From positions 121,059 through 185,058 of the forward strand of contig JBHLMN010000013.1 of the NCBI GenBank assembly GCA_048938105.1: a stretch of 64,000 nt of DNA, written 5' to 3'. The notes beneath the pieces were generated by a model. It saw only the letters and a program-made list of their open reading frames with translations. It made no database searches and was not told the DNA's origin. This document shows positions 19,480-29,742 of this stretch, in pieces. Position 1 is the first letter of the stretch, and each line of letters starts with the position of its first letter. This stretch comes from Promethearchaeota archaeon (GTDB lineage: Archaea; Asgardarchaeota; Heimdallarchaeia; Hodarchaeales; Hodarchaeaceae). Position numbers and translations under genes: made by a program.

Positions 19480-19641
19480 CTATTTTCACACGAATTGCCA
19501 TTATATGAATGATGTAAGAAAATTTCCCTTGAAGGATTGATTTCTTAGGTGGTTATAAGGAACTATCTGATTTCTTTCTTGATCAATAGTAACTCATCTG
19601 GAACCTATCTCTTCTGAAAGTGATATTGCTTGAACAAAAAG

Positions 19642-19725
19642 GTGAGAGTCATCAGAACTGAACGGATATGGTTCAAATCAACTACTAAACTCAGATAGCT
19701 TTGCCAGTACAAATTTCTCAATAAC
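19642..19725 (+). pseudogene. Degenerate 5' fragment of a TnpB gene
   Basis: Reads MRVIRTERIWFKSTTKLR*LCQ, collinear with the adjacent TnpB N-terminus MIVTRTEQIWLKTHKTFSWFCH (9/22 identical; TAG aligns with a TGG codon). Confidence 0.7.
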
Positions 19726-21035
19726 TTAGAACAAAGAACCTCTCAGGAAATTCAACCAATGTGAGGGCCACCTAATGATAGTCACTCGTACAGAACAGAT
19801 TTGGTTAAAAACACACAAAACCTTTTCATGGTTCTGTCATCTCTCAAAAAATCTCTATAACGAAGGAAATTACCTTATCCGTCAGGAGTTTTTCAATCAT
19901 AGTAAATGGATTCGGTATAATTCCCTATATCATCTCCTTAAAACTTCGGATAATTATCACCGACTTCCTGCTCAAACAGCTCAGCAGGTGTTGAAGATCC
20001 TTGATAGGAGTTGGAAATCCTTTTTTATCGCTATCAAAGCATTGAAGAAGAATAAGTCGAAATTTAACGGGAAACCAAAACCCCCTGGATACAAACCAAA
20101 GAATGGGGAGTTTCTGCTAGTTTTTACTAAACAACAGGTGAAACTAAAAAATAGTGTCTTGCAATTTCCTAAAAAGGTAAGTATTAACCTAAAAACCAGA
20201 CTTCATGACAAACCAGACATTAGAGAGGTACGAATTATCCCAAAAGGGGTAGGTTATGTGGTAGAAATCGTTTATAAGAGAAAAATCCATCCTAAACCTT
20301 TGAATAAAGATAATATTGTGGCTATCGATTTAGGGGTACGCAATCTCATAACTACAGTCAATAACAATGGTTTAAAACCATTTGTTATTAAAGGTGGGGT
20401 TGTTAACTCCATTAATCAATACTATAATAAAAAGCGGGCCAGAATTCAATCAACATATGACCATCTAGGAATTAAAAGAGGAAAAGCTATACAAAAATTA
20501 ACCCATAAACGTAATAAAAAAATCAATGACCATTTCCATAAAATTAGTAAAAAAATTATTGAGTACTGTGTATTGAATGACATCGGAACCGTTGTTATCG
20601 GGTACAATCCCAATTGGAAACAAAATTGTCATATTGGTAAAAAAAATACACAGAGTTTTGTCACCATTCCATATTACAAGCTAATTCAGCAATTGGAATA
20701 CAAAGCTGAAGAACAGGGAATGACTGTTATTAAACAAGAGGAAAGCCATTCTAGTAAATGTTCTTTTTTGGATGATGAACCAATCGAACATCACGATAAA
20801 TATCTAGGGAGAAGATTTACTAGAGGATTATTTAAATCCTATAAAGGTATTATTATTAATGCTGATGTGAATGGGGCATATAACATTCTGAAAAAAGCAT
20901 TCCTGAACGCGGTTGACGCTGACAGGATAGAGGCTGTTGGGTTACATCCCACACGATGGAGACTAGCTTCGGTGACGGGCTAGTTGATGACCTCGTGTGA
21001 ATAAAATTAAATATACTATAAATAATTTTAATAAC
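19726..21035 (+). mobile_element. Non-autonomous tnpB-only IS200/IS605-family element (ends approximate)
   Basis: tnpB with no tnpA; 3' hairpin ACTAGC...GCTAGT over the stop codon; AATAAC at 19720-19725 and 21030-21035. Confidence 0.6.
19775..20983 (+). CDS. tnpB: TnpB (IS200/IS605 family RNA-guided nuclease), rearranged RuvC-II type
   Basis: KNLYN, AIDLGVRN (RuvC-I), VIGYN..WKQ, QEESHSSKCS and NADVNGAYNI (RuvC-III). Confidence 0.93.
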   Translation: MIVTRTEQIWLKTHKTFSWFCHLSKNLYNEGNYLIRQEFFNHSKWIRYNSLYHLLKTSDNYHRLPAQTAQQVLKILDRSWKSFFIAIKALKKNKSKFNGKPKPPGYKPKNGEFLLVFTKQQVKLKNSVLQFPKKVSINLKTRLHDKPDIREVRIIPKGVGYVVEIVYKRKIHPKPLNKDNIVAIDLGVRNLITTVNNNGLKPFVIKGGVVNSINQYYNKKRARIQSTYDHLGIKRGKAIQKLTHKRNKKINDHFHKISKKIIEYCVLNDIGTVVIGYNPNWKQNCHIGKKNTQSFVTIPYYKLIQQLEYKAEEQGMTVIKQEESHSSKCSFLDDEPIEHHDKYLGRRFTRGLFKSYKGIIINADVNGAYNILKKAFLNAVDADRIEAVGLHPTRWRLASVTG

Positions 21036-21132
21036 CTAGCTTAATAAATATTGTTGAGGATTAGTCAATTAGAAGCTGTAAAATGATTTGAGAAAAATAA
21101 GAAGTTAATTTTATGAGAGAAGTGTCTAATAG

Positions 21133-22824
21133 ATGGCAATAACAGAAGAATTGAGGGATATACAACAGTTAATAACCCAATGTCATCTAAGAAAGGCATT
21201 ATCTAAAGTAAAAAAGTTGGAAAAAAGAGAGAAGCTCAAAGAAAAAGATTTTAACAACATCAATCTTATGAAAAGTAATATTTTCATTAAATTAGGTAAT
21301 TTTGAGAAGGCAGAAGAGCTTTCTCGCAAAGTATTGTTGAAAAGTGAACGAATAAAAAATGAAATGCAGAAGATTGATGCTTGCATAATGGTAGCTAAGG
21401 CGTTATTAGCACTTGGGAAATATGATGATAGCTATCTCATGGTTAAAAAAGGAGAACAGCTCCTCGATGCAATCATAGTACAATCACCAAAGACAAACTT
21501 CTTTAAAGCTGAAATTTTAAGGGTTTATGGTGTTATATCTTGGAATAAAGGACAATTTGAGCTAGCTTTAGACTACTATCGTCAAAGCTTTGTTATTTTC
21601 GAGAAAATAAGAGATGAAAGGGGAATAGGAAAAATTCTCAGTAATATCGGTTCTATCTATCAGATAAAAGGAAAATTCGCCCTAGCAATTGAATATAAAC
21701 AGAATGCTGCGCAAATTTTAGAAGAAATTGGTGATCAACTTAATTTAGCATCTACATTCCAAAATATTAGTGAAATTTACACGAGTAGAGGAAAACTGGG
21801 TTTAGCATTCGAGTATGCACAGAGAAGCCTGATAATCTTCGAAGAACTCGAGATTAAACATGCTATAGCTGAAAATCTTTGTGTCATTGGAGAGATCTTT
21901 AAGGCTAAAGGGGATCTAGATGCAGCTCTAGAATTCTATAAAAGAAGTTTAACTCTTTATGAAGAAGTCGGAAGACCAGGCGCTTTACCCCTAGTTAATA
22001 TGGGAGAGATTCATCATGCTAGAGAAGAATATGAGCTTGCGTTGCAATGTTACAAACAAAGCTTAGATATTTTCAAAGAATGGAATCTTTTAGAGACGGC
22101 TATGCTTTATTATGACTTAATCAAGTTAAGTATTGATACGAAAACTCTTGAGCAAGCTAAGATATACGTACAACATCTACAAAGGATTAATAAAAAGGAA
22201 GACAATTTAGTTTTCAATCAACTATACCGCCTAGGCCAAGCCATGCTTCTAAAAACAAGTAAGAGAATCACAAATATTGCAACAGCACAAAAAATATTCA
22301 AACAAGTAGCCACTGAAGAAATTGTATATTTTGAGTTAACAGTTGATGCTATTCTTAATTTATGTGAACTCCTTCTAATTGAATTACGATCTTTTGGTAA
22401 TGAGGAGGTTTTTAGGGAAGTAAAAACTTGGTCGAATAATTTACTTGAAATTGCCCAAATGCAACACTCTTTTTCATTACTTGCTGAGACCTATCTTCTC
22501 CAATCTAAACTTGCTTTGTTAGAGTTAGATCTTGAAAGAGCCCAGAACCTTTTAAGTCAAGCAAAAAAATTAGCTGAGGAAAATGATCTGCAACAACTCC
22601 TCACTAAGATATTAGACGAACAATTCCTATTACATGAACAATCAAGTAAATGGGAACACTTACGTGATCAAAAGCTTTCAATTAAGGAGAGGATAAATCT
22701 CATCCAGTTCGAAGACTTACTGGATCGAATGCTTCATAAAAGGTTTTATCAGAAACAAGAAGAGATCATGGAGTATGCAGCTGAAGCACAACAATTAATT
22801 GAGAAATGGGAAAAAGAAGAATGA
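21133..22824 (+). CDS. Tetratricopeptide repeat protein (Asgard-expanded type)
   Basis: Repeated NIG.IY..KG....AL.YY..SL units and a helical C-terminal region with LLKTSKR. Confidence 0.88.
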   Translation: MAITEELRDIQQLITQCHLRKALSKVKKLEKREKLKEKDFNNINLMKSNIFIKLGNFEKAEELSRKVLLKSERIKNEMQKIDACIMVAKALLALGKYDDSYLMVKKGEQLLDAIIVQSPKTNFFKAEILRVYGVISWNKGQFELALDYYRQSFVIFEKIRDERGIGKILSNIGSIYQIKGKFALAIEYKQNAAQILEEIGDQLNLASTFQNISEIYTSRGKLGLAFEYAQRSLIIFEELEIKHAIAENLCVIGEIFKAKGDLDAALEFYKRSLTLYEEVGRPGALPLVNMGEIHHAREEYELALQCYKQSLDIFKEWNLLETAMLYYDLIKLSIDTKTLEQAKIYVQHLQRINKKEDNLVFNQLYRLGQAMLLKTSKRITNIATAQKIFKQVATEEIVYFELTVDAILNLCELLLIELRSFGNEEVFREVKTWSNNLLEIAQMQHSFSLLAETYLLQSKLALLELDLERAQNLLSQAKKLAEENDLQQLLTKILDEQFLLHEQSSKWEHLRDQKLSIKERINLIQFEDLLDRMLHKRFYQKQEEIMEYAAEAQQLIEKWEKEE

Positions 22825-22890
22825 AGCTCATTTGAGTCAAAAGGATTATCTCCCTAATAAATGTAATTTTAGTTACAAAGTTGATTAAAA

Positions 22891-23604
22891 ATGGATAAAG
22901 AAGGGTTTAAAGAGGGAATAGAAGAAATTATAGAAAATGCAACAAAAAAAATATTTGAAGAATGGGAAATTCTTGATGAAATAAAGGGACCTAATCCTGA
23001 GACTTTAGAATTTCTTAACAATGTTGATGAATTAATTAGGAAAGAGGCTGGTATCAATGGAGGTGAAATCAAGATTAAGAAATCTATCGAAAAATTCGTT
23101 AGGTCTAGAAGGGATTTGGGTGAAATAACAATAGGAAGTAACATTATTAAGAAAATAGAAATCATTGATGACTATAAAGAATACAATAGATCTCTAAGAT
23201 CCATTGCTTATTATCAATTGATACCTGTGATAGATGCTAAGAAACCAATTGTACGTATACTCAATTGGACTGTAAGTCATCATCCTCGTTGGGTTATCTG
23301 GTTTACCAGCCCAATAGCAAAAGGGATTCAAGCTAGAACAGGGGGTGAATACCTTGTTGCTCACAGTTTAAATGAGAAAGAATCTGAAGATTATGATTTA
23401 CTTAAAAAATTTAGTAAATTCCCATGTTTTGGGAGAAGTGATGGAATTGACATTCTTCTTAGTTATGAAACAATAGATACCGCTGTGAAATTTGTTGATA
23501 AATTCCTACCTACTATAATGGAAAGAAATTTGTATGGTGACCCTGATTTTTTACTGTTCTTACAGAACTATAGACAAACAATGTTAGAATTAACAGACTA
23601 TTGA
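22891..23604 (+). CDS. Hypothetical protein
   Basis: 237-aa ORF with normal composition; no motif recognised. Confidence 0.65.
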   Translation: MDKEGFKEGIEEIIENATKKIFEEWEILDEIKGPNPETLEFLNNVDELIRKEAGINGGEIKIKKSIEKFVRSRRDLGEITIGSNIIKKIEIIDDYKEYNRSLRSIAYYQLIPVIDAKKPIVRILNWTVSHHPRWVIWFTSPIAKGIQARTGGEYLVAHSLNEKESEDYDLLKKFSKFPCFGRSDGIDILLSYETIDTAVKFVDKFLPTIMERNLYGDPDFLLFLQNYRQTMLELTDY

Positions 23605-23647
23605 GTTATTTACCTTGAGAAAGTTACTGAAATATATTCTTCTGATC

Positions 23648-24286
23648 TCATTCAAGTTTTTTAAATAACGGTTCCACTTTTGACCAACCTTTTACAAAAA
23701 TCATCAAGCAAATGATAATGGTTGCGAGCAACAGTAGAGCCAAAACAAGAGCTTGTTCGAAAATAAACCTCAACAGTGCCCAAGGGAGAGTAATAAAGCT
23801 GAATATGAGACTAATGAGGAGTGCAACCATTCCTCTTTGCTGCCAAACAAGCAATTTTTCTTCTGCAACTTTGTTAGAAGTATACATTGCCATTTGAATC
23901 ATTCCAACTCGTATAAAACACACATACGAGATAAAGCTTAATAAAAATAAACTAATGAATATTAGAAGCATATATTCGAAGTGTGTTGGCCATAAATTGC
24001 TAAGATGCAATTTAATAAGTATCTCCATGATTAAATTACCCAATATAGCAATCTCAGCTAAGAGGGGTTCATCTAGGAATGGAAAAACATCAGTTCCTTG
24101 TGCTCTGACACTAATAACAAAGGCACTCGTAGCCATGTAAAATCCAGCTAGGATGGCACTTGCAGTAGAAAAATGTCCAGCAAGATCCATCATAGATTCT
24201 CTTAAAGCAGCTCTGCTCTTATCTTTCTCAACTTCTCTTATATTATTTTTTGACTCTTGTTCATCAACCAAATTACACATCCCCAT
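23648..24286 (-). CDS. Hypothetical membrane protein
   Basis: 212-aa ORF with 4-5 hydrophobic segments. Confidence 0.6.
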   Translation of the reverse strand: MGMCNLVDEQESKNNIREVEKDKSRAALRESMMDLAGHFSTASAILAGFYMATSAFVISVRAQGTDVFPFLDEPLLAEIAILGNLIMEILIKLHLSNLWPTHFEYMLLIFISLFLLSFISYVCFIRVGMIQMAMYTSNKVAEEKLLVWQQRGMVALLISLIFSFITLPWALLRFIFEQALVLALLLLATIIICLMIFVKGWSKVEPLFKKLE

Positions 24287-24524
24287 ACCTGAAGATTAGA
24301 AATAATGTCCAACCTTGAATTTGTCTAAATAGGATTAATCTTTTTATAATACTTTTCACGGATAATAACAATTTTTTCTATTTTTTCGCTATTCTTCCAG
24401 GATTTTCTTTTTATCATTCTGCCACAATAAAAAACCTTATATTCTGCTTCTAACATGTTAAAAATGCTTTTAAATGACAAATTAAGACTTTAATGAGTCC
24501 ATCGTTATTCTAGAAATTGCTGTT

Positions 24525-25190
24525 GTGAAAATTTTGGTCACGAATAGAGAAAGTAAATGGTCAGAAGAGGAACTTATCTCTTTTAAGAATAGATGGAGAG
24601 CGACGACTATACCAGTCAATGTCAAGATTGATGTTCCTCAAACTACTCTGCACTTGGATCAAGTTCTTTCTATTATTCGATCATCAGAAAGAATAGCTGT
24701 AGAGGATTGTATCTGTCGAATAGAGCTCCAGAATTGTGATTTTCCCCTAAAAGTATGCCTCTCGCTTAATTTGAACGCAACTAAGAATGTGGAAGGTGGT
24801 ACAGCAGAATTCATCTCCAAAACTGAAGCGGAAAGAATTGTATTAGAAACTCATCAAAAAGGACTTGTACACCTAGCTTTACATCGTCCTGAGGAAGATG
24901 AAAAGAACATCCAAGCAATCTGTAGTTGTTGTTCTTGCTGTTGTCATGCTCTTCAAGGGCTTTTATTGAAGAATATGAAAGGATTAGTGAAAAAAAGTAA
25001 GTATGTTTCAACTCATGATCCAGAAAAATGCGTCAATTGTGGAGAATGTATTTCTAGTTGCCATTTTAAGGCTAGAACGCTAAGTCAAGAAGGAGATATG
25101 ATCTTTAATCAGAATAATTGCTTTGGCTGCGGCCTTTGCATCACTAGTTGTCCCGAGAATGCAATAACAATGATTGAACGCGTTTTTTAA
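24525..25190 (+). CDS. 4Fe-4S dicluster ferredoxin-domain protein
   Basis: CICR, ICSCCSCCCH, CVNCGECISSC and CFGCGLCITSCP motifs. Confidence 0.9.
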   Translation: MKILVTNRESKWSEEELISFKNRWRATTIPVNVKIDVPQTTLHLDQVLSIIRSSERIAVEDCICRIELQNCDFPLKVCLSLNLNATKNVEGGTAEFISKTEAERIVLETHQKGLVHLALHRPEEDEKNIQAICSCCSCCCHALQGLLLKNMKGLVKKSKYVSTHDPEKCVNCGECISSCHFKARTLSQEGDMIFNQNNCFGCGLCITSCPENAITMIERVF

Positions 25191-25231
25191 TAGTATATTC
25201 CTAAGAGGATAAGAATTCGAGAGTAATAGAT

Positions 25232-25804
25232 ATGGGTAAACAAAGGATAGTCATCATTAAAGGTAGTCCAAGGAAGAAGGGTAATAGTTGTGTTCTAGCA
25301 GAATCCTTAGCTAAGGGAGCTAAAGATAATGATGCAGATGTAGAAGAATTTTTTCTTCAAGATATGGAAATAAAACCCTGTAACGCATGCAATGTATGCA
25401 TCAATCAACCAGAGAAAGGTTGTATTATTAAAGATGATATGCAAAAAATCTATGTTTCTCTTCGTTCTGCTGATTCAATAGTTATTGCCAGTCCAATATA
25501 TTGGTTCAATATTAGTGCTCAAACAAAATTATTTATTGACCGATTATATGGTTTAATTGAACCAAACAGACATGTCTTAAAAGATAAAAGGATTGCAATA
25601 ATTCTAACTTACGGGGACACAAATCAACATTCCTCTGGTGCTATACATGCGATAAATTCATTTAAGGATATGTTCAGATATATTGGCGCCGAAATAACAG
25701 AAATTATCCATGGGAGTGCAATGGATGCTGGTGAAATAAATCAAAATCAGAAATTAATGGAAAATACTTACTTATTAGGAAAAAAGTTAAGCCTTGAAAA
25801 ATAA
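25232..25804 (+). CDS. Iron-sulfur flavoprotein (Isf/flavodoxin-like)
   Basis: GSPRKKGNS, PCNACNVC...CIIKDDM, ASPIYW and KLFIDR motifs. Confidence 0.92.
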   Translation: MGKQRIVIIKGSPRKKGNSCVLAESLAKGAKDNDADVEEFFLQDMEIKPCNACNVCINQPEKGCIIKDDMQKIYVSLRSADSIVIASPIYWFNISAQTKLFIDRLYGLIEPNRHVLKDKRIAIILTYGDTNQHSSGAIHAINSFKDMFRYIGAEITEIIHGSAMDAGEINQNQKLMENTYLLGKKLSLEK

Positions 25805-25836
25805 AATATTTGTTTAAAGAATTAAACAGGCCAGAC

Positions 25837-26103
25837 CTATCTTCTCATCTTATTTAGAATTTTCTTTGACCAGATCATTATGGGATTTCTTGAACACGGT
25901 TGTTTGAATACCTTGTGAATTCTAAACATTGAGTCAACATCTTTATTTTCTGTGTTCCAGAATGATGCCAGTGTCTCTGTGAGGTCCCAAGCTTCAGATG
26001 CAGATGTTGCAGAGATGAATGCGCAATTATCCATCTTTCTACCGCCGAAATAAAGTGTATATTTTGCACAATAAAGCTTTTCAACCAAACCGTTGTTAGA
26101 CAT
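25837..26103 (-). CDS. Small hypothetical protein
   Basis: 88-aa ORF with ATG preceded by AGGA; no motif recognised. Confidence 0.45.
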   Translation of the reverse strand: MSNNGLVEKLYCAKYTLYFGGRKMDNCAFISATSASEAWDLTETLASFWNTENKDVDSMFRIHKVFKQPCSRNPIMIWSKKILNKMRR

Positions 26104-26314
26104 AATACATTCCTTAATAATATTATAATTACGTGGTTCTTAAATACATACAAGACACTGAGAACATATGACAGGATTTTGGTTGTTTACTCCTCGACCT
26201 ATTTTATAAAAATGTTCTTTGTTTCAAATAAAATCAATGATCAATTTTCAACAAGAAAAAGATTGTTGTGATGTTTTTAGATAATTGTTATTCAGAGAAT
26301 CATCTATAATAAGG

Positions 26315-26941
26315 CTATTCTTTCGATATTTCCAATTCCATAAGGTATCCTTCAATAAAATCAATTTTTCGATTTGATATAAAATAGAAAGGAAATGCGA
26401 TGAAAATCACAAATATTATAACGAATAAACAAGTACTAAAGAGCAATAAAGCAGGATTTTGTAACCATATACGATTAGGGTTAATATACATAATAAAAAA
26501 AATCAAAATTATAATACTAACCGATATTAGGCTTGAGATAATAATCGCTAAGCCCCTTCTTTTATATCGTAATTCAGGTGAACTATTTTGGTATATTCTT
26601 CCATTTAAATTAAATGGTTCAACCAGAGTAATATAGAATAAAATATAATTATTTATTGCAATAACTAGAAAAATGAAGTTATAAAAATCATTAATATTAT
26701 CAATTATTTGTCTAGTCACAGTCCAACTAGCAGAATTAATTAACATTTTTACAATTACATAAATAAAACCAAGTGCTATTGTTAAATACACACCAATCGT
26801 TATCTGTAAAAACCTTGGAGCTTTTGGAGGGAATAATGAATCCTTCTTAAAACGCGTTCCAATAAATTCAAAGTCAGAGATATTGCGATTGGGATCAGGC
26901 ATTTCACAATTGACTCCTTTCTTCATATCAACATCATTCAA
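26315..26941 (-). CDS. Hypothetical 4-TM membrane protein (very AT-rich)
   Basis: Four hydrophobic segments rich in Ile/Phe. Confidence 0.55.
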   Translation of the reverse strand: MNDVDMKKGVNCEMPDPNRNISDFEFIGTRFKKDSLFPPKAPRFLQITIGVYLTIALGFIYVIVKMLINSASWTVTRQIIDNINDFYNFIFLVIAINNYILFYITLVEPFNLNGRIYQNSSPELRYKRRGLAIIISSLISVSIIILIFFIMYINPNRIWLQNPALLLFSTCLFVIIFVIFIAFPFYFISNRKIDFIEGYLMELEISKE

Positions 26942-27297
26942 AGCTCAAACTTATGGTTTTGAAACATATAGAAATATAATTCAGAGAAATACGGCAACTC
27001 TTACATTTAGATAAAGAAAACTCATGACCCATTTTGATTAATCATATCGTGAGAAAATAATTTTATAGCTTTATTTCTATGCAAATTGCTAGGTAAAATA
27101 GAGAAAAGAGGAGTTCAAAGGAATATATTTCATATCAGAAAACAGTAATGAACAAGAAGATTTAACACTTTCATATGGAGTCCCAATCCGAATATATCGC
27201 AATACTCCCTAACCTAAACAATAATCGATTGAGAATACATATAAACAGGAGCTTCAACATATTAATGGAATCATAACTCATTTATTTACTTTACAGG

Positions 27298-28002
27298 GTG
27301 AAATACTTGTTTACCAGAGCATTAACACAGAAAGAGCAGCAAATTTTGTTAAAAATTCAGGGATTCGTGAAACGTTGCCATGCAAAAAGTGATTCACATG
27401 ATTATTCACATGTTTTCATGGTAACACGGACTGCAATCAAAATTAGTAAGAATATTGAAGATCCAGTAGACCCTTTTATAGTAATAGCAGGATCTTTACT
27501 ACATGATATTGGCAAAACCACTTCAAATTTTGCGGATTTTCACGGTTTGTTTGGAGGTAGTATAGCTGAAGAATTCTTAGAAGGTATTCAAATAGATCCT
27601 GTAATAAGTGATAAGATCTGTCGTGTGGTGATACGACATACACCTACGTCTGGTATACCACCAGAGGCGCCAGAAGAAAAGGTGGTTTATGATGCGGATA
27701 CACTTGATCGTTTAGGATTAATGGGTTTATTACGAGGCTTTATTGGGAAAGAAGGATCAATGCAAGGAATTCTTGAGAAATATATGAAAAGTCGCCAGCT
27801 AGATTATGAGAAGCTGAATTATGAATACTCACGTGAGTTAGGGGTGATGGGGGCTCAAGAATTGGAGGGATTTTCTCATGTGATTCAAAAGCGGCTTGAT
27901 GATCGGATGAGTAGCATCGAGCATATCTTTGAAAAGGAAGGATTATTAGAGAAAAACCCAGTTGCAGAGACTGATAAGAAAAAGAGAGAAAAGAAAAAGT
28001 AA
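27298..28002 (+). CDS. HD-domain phosphohydrolase
   Basis: HDYSHV, LLHDIGK, RHT and DADTLDRLG motifs. Confidence 0.9.
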   Translation: MKYLFTRALTQKEQQILLKIQGFVKRCHAKSDSHDYSHVFMVTRTAIKISKNIEDPVDPFIVIAGSLLHDIGKTTSNFADFHGLFGGSIAEEFLEGIQIDPVISDKICRVVIRHTPTSGIPPEAPEEKVVYDADTLDRLGLMGLLRGFIGKEGSMQGILEKYMKSRQLDYEKLNYEYSRELGVMGAQELEGFSHVIQKRLDDRMSSIEHIFEKEGLLEKNPVAETDKKKREKKK

Positions 28003-28075
28003 ACCTCTATAATTAATTTTCGACTACAATGTAACTATTCTTATATTAGGTTTATAGTTCGATAGAGATCCAAAA

Positions 28076-28213
28076 ATGACTGGAAAAATCGTAGATAAGA
28101 GAAAACGAGTTACACCAAGTATTATTAGAGGTCTAGTTATCTTAATTTTATTCTATATAGTATTAATGTTATTCCTAACCCTTATTACTAATAATCAGAC
28201 ATTGAAAATATAG
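28076..28213 (+). CDS. Unannotated 45-aa single-pass membrane microprotein
   Basis: MTGKIVDKRKRVTPSIIRGLVILILFYIVLMLFLTLITNNQTLKI; basic N-terminus and one TM; fills the gap between co-oriented genes. Confidence 0.5.
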   Translation: MTGKIVDKRKRVTPSIIRGLVILILFYIVLMLFLTLITNNQTLKI

Positions 28214-28237
28214 AAACATATCTCAAGGAGTAGAGAA

Positions 28238-29248
28238 ATGAAAACATGTCCATACTGCAATGCAACATTAAAAGTATATGCAAAATTCTGTTCAAAGTGT
28301 GGGCAGAAAATATCTCAAAAAACTGTTTTCCCACCAGTTCTACAAGGAAAAATAGATATTGAGTTTACAAAAGAAAGAGTATCTTTGGAACGTGCTTTGC
28401 ACAGTTTTGATGGAATTTTTGCTGATAAAACCTTAGAACCTGCAACCAATAAAGAGCTGTGGGAAAATAAGAAAAATTGGTATTCAAATCAGAAGAATAG
28501 ATTTTTACAAGGAAATATCTCAAATGAGCTGTTCTATAATCAGTTGAAGAATCTGAATGAGTATATGCAATCAACGGTTAAGATTCCAGAGGATAGATTA
28601 GGATTAAGCTTAAAAAACCAAATTACATCCGATTTTTCGGAGGGAAAATTACCTAAGAGGATTAGTAAGAAACAGAATGATGTAAAAGTTCAAATTTCTG
28701 AACCAAATCTTATAATAGAACCTGAAGCAGTTGAAAAAATGGTTACTGTAACATCACCTAAAGAATCTGTGAGTGAGGAAAAAAGATCTTTATTTACATC
28801 TATTCAGTATCAAGTTCAAGACTTGGTATTTGAGCAGGATGATACTGGTCCTTTTGTACGCATTATTCCCTATTCGGGGTCACTTGAGGAAATCAGGGTA
28901 GATTTTTTCAAGAATCAAATAATAATGAGTGGCTGTTTGAGGCGTCAAAATCTCCCTCTAGTAAATCTTGAGTTGAAAATTAATGAAGAACCAAGACAGC
29001 CATCCTGGGATGATCCTTGGCTGGATATTACCTTATCTGGGGAGGAAAGGATCCTCAAACGGATTAAATTACGAAGTGAGATAGCTAATCGGTTAGCTTC
29101 TTTAGGGACAGCCTTAATTAAGGTCGAGTCAGAAGTTAAAGGAGAAATTTGCTTACATTTAACATGTAAAGAAACTCAGGACGCTATAAGGCTTGCTTAC
29201 TCGCTGCTTAAAGACTTACAATTATTCCTTGAAATTTCTTTCTACTAA
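28238..29248 (+). CDS. N-terminal zinc-ribbon domain protein
   Basis: CPYC...FCSKCG at the N-terminus; remainder unrecognised. Confidence 0.75.
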   Translation: MKTCPYCNATLKVYAKFCSKCGQKISQKTVFPPVLQGKIDIEFTKERVSLERALHSFDGIFADKTLEPATNKELWENKKNWYSNQKNRFLQGNISNELFYNQLKNLNEYMQSTVKIPEDRLGLSLKNQITSDFSEGKLPKRISKKQNDVKVQISEPNLIIEPEAVEKMVTVTSPKESVSEEKRSLFTSIQYQVQDLVFEQDDTGPFVRIIPYSGSLEEIRVDFFKNQIIMSGCLRRQNLPLVNLELKINEEPRQPSWDDPWLDITLSGEERILKRIKLRSEIANRLASLGTALIKVESEVKGEICLHLTCKETQDAIRLAYSLLKDLQLFLEISFY

Positions 29249-29254
29249 TCTGAA

Positions 29255-29656
29255 TTATGACCAATTTCCCACAACGATAGCTTTGGTTCTTCGAAATCCA
29301 AGCTGTTGCCAAAAAGGTATAGTTTCTTCTAAAACTGTTGCTGAAACTGTTGGTGCTCCCAGCTGCCTGAAGGTTTTAACTATTTCAGTAACTAAAGTGG
29401 TTCCAACACCTTGTCTTTGATACGCAGGATGAACTGAAAGCTGATGGATCATTGCTCTTGATCCATCATATACTCCCCTTATTACCCCTATAATTTTCCC
29501 CTTAATTTCACACACAAGAAAAACCGCTGCATTGCATGATTTGACTCTCGTCATCGCTTCTGGTCCGTCAACCTCTGGCATACCATATTGATTATTAAGT
29601 TCCAAGATCTTAACGACATCTTCAATATCATGAAGTTTAAAATTCCTAATTAACAT
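29255..29656 (-). CDS. GNAT N-acetyltransferase
   Basis: LSVHPAYQRQGVGTTL acetyl-CoA motif and FWQQLGF. Confidence 0.88.
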   Translation of the reverse strand: MLIRNFKLHDIEDVVKILELNNQYGMPEVDGPEAMTRVKSCNAAVFLVCEIKGKIIGVIRGVYDGSRAMIHQLSVHPAYQRQGVGTTLVTEIVKTFRQLGAPTVSATVLEETIPFWQQLGFRRTKAIVVGNWS

Positions 29657-29742
29657 CTAGTAATCACTCCAAATTATTTTACCATCAAACAACTAGTAGA
29701 GAAATTGTGTGACTGATAAAAGTGAAATAACTAGTATTGGAG

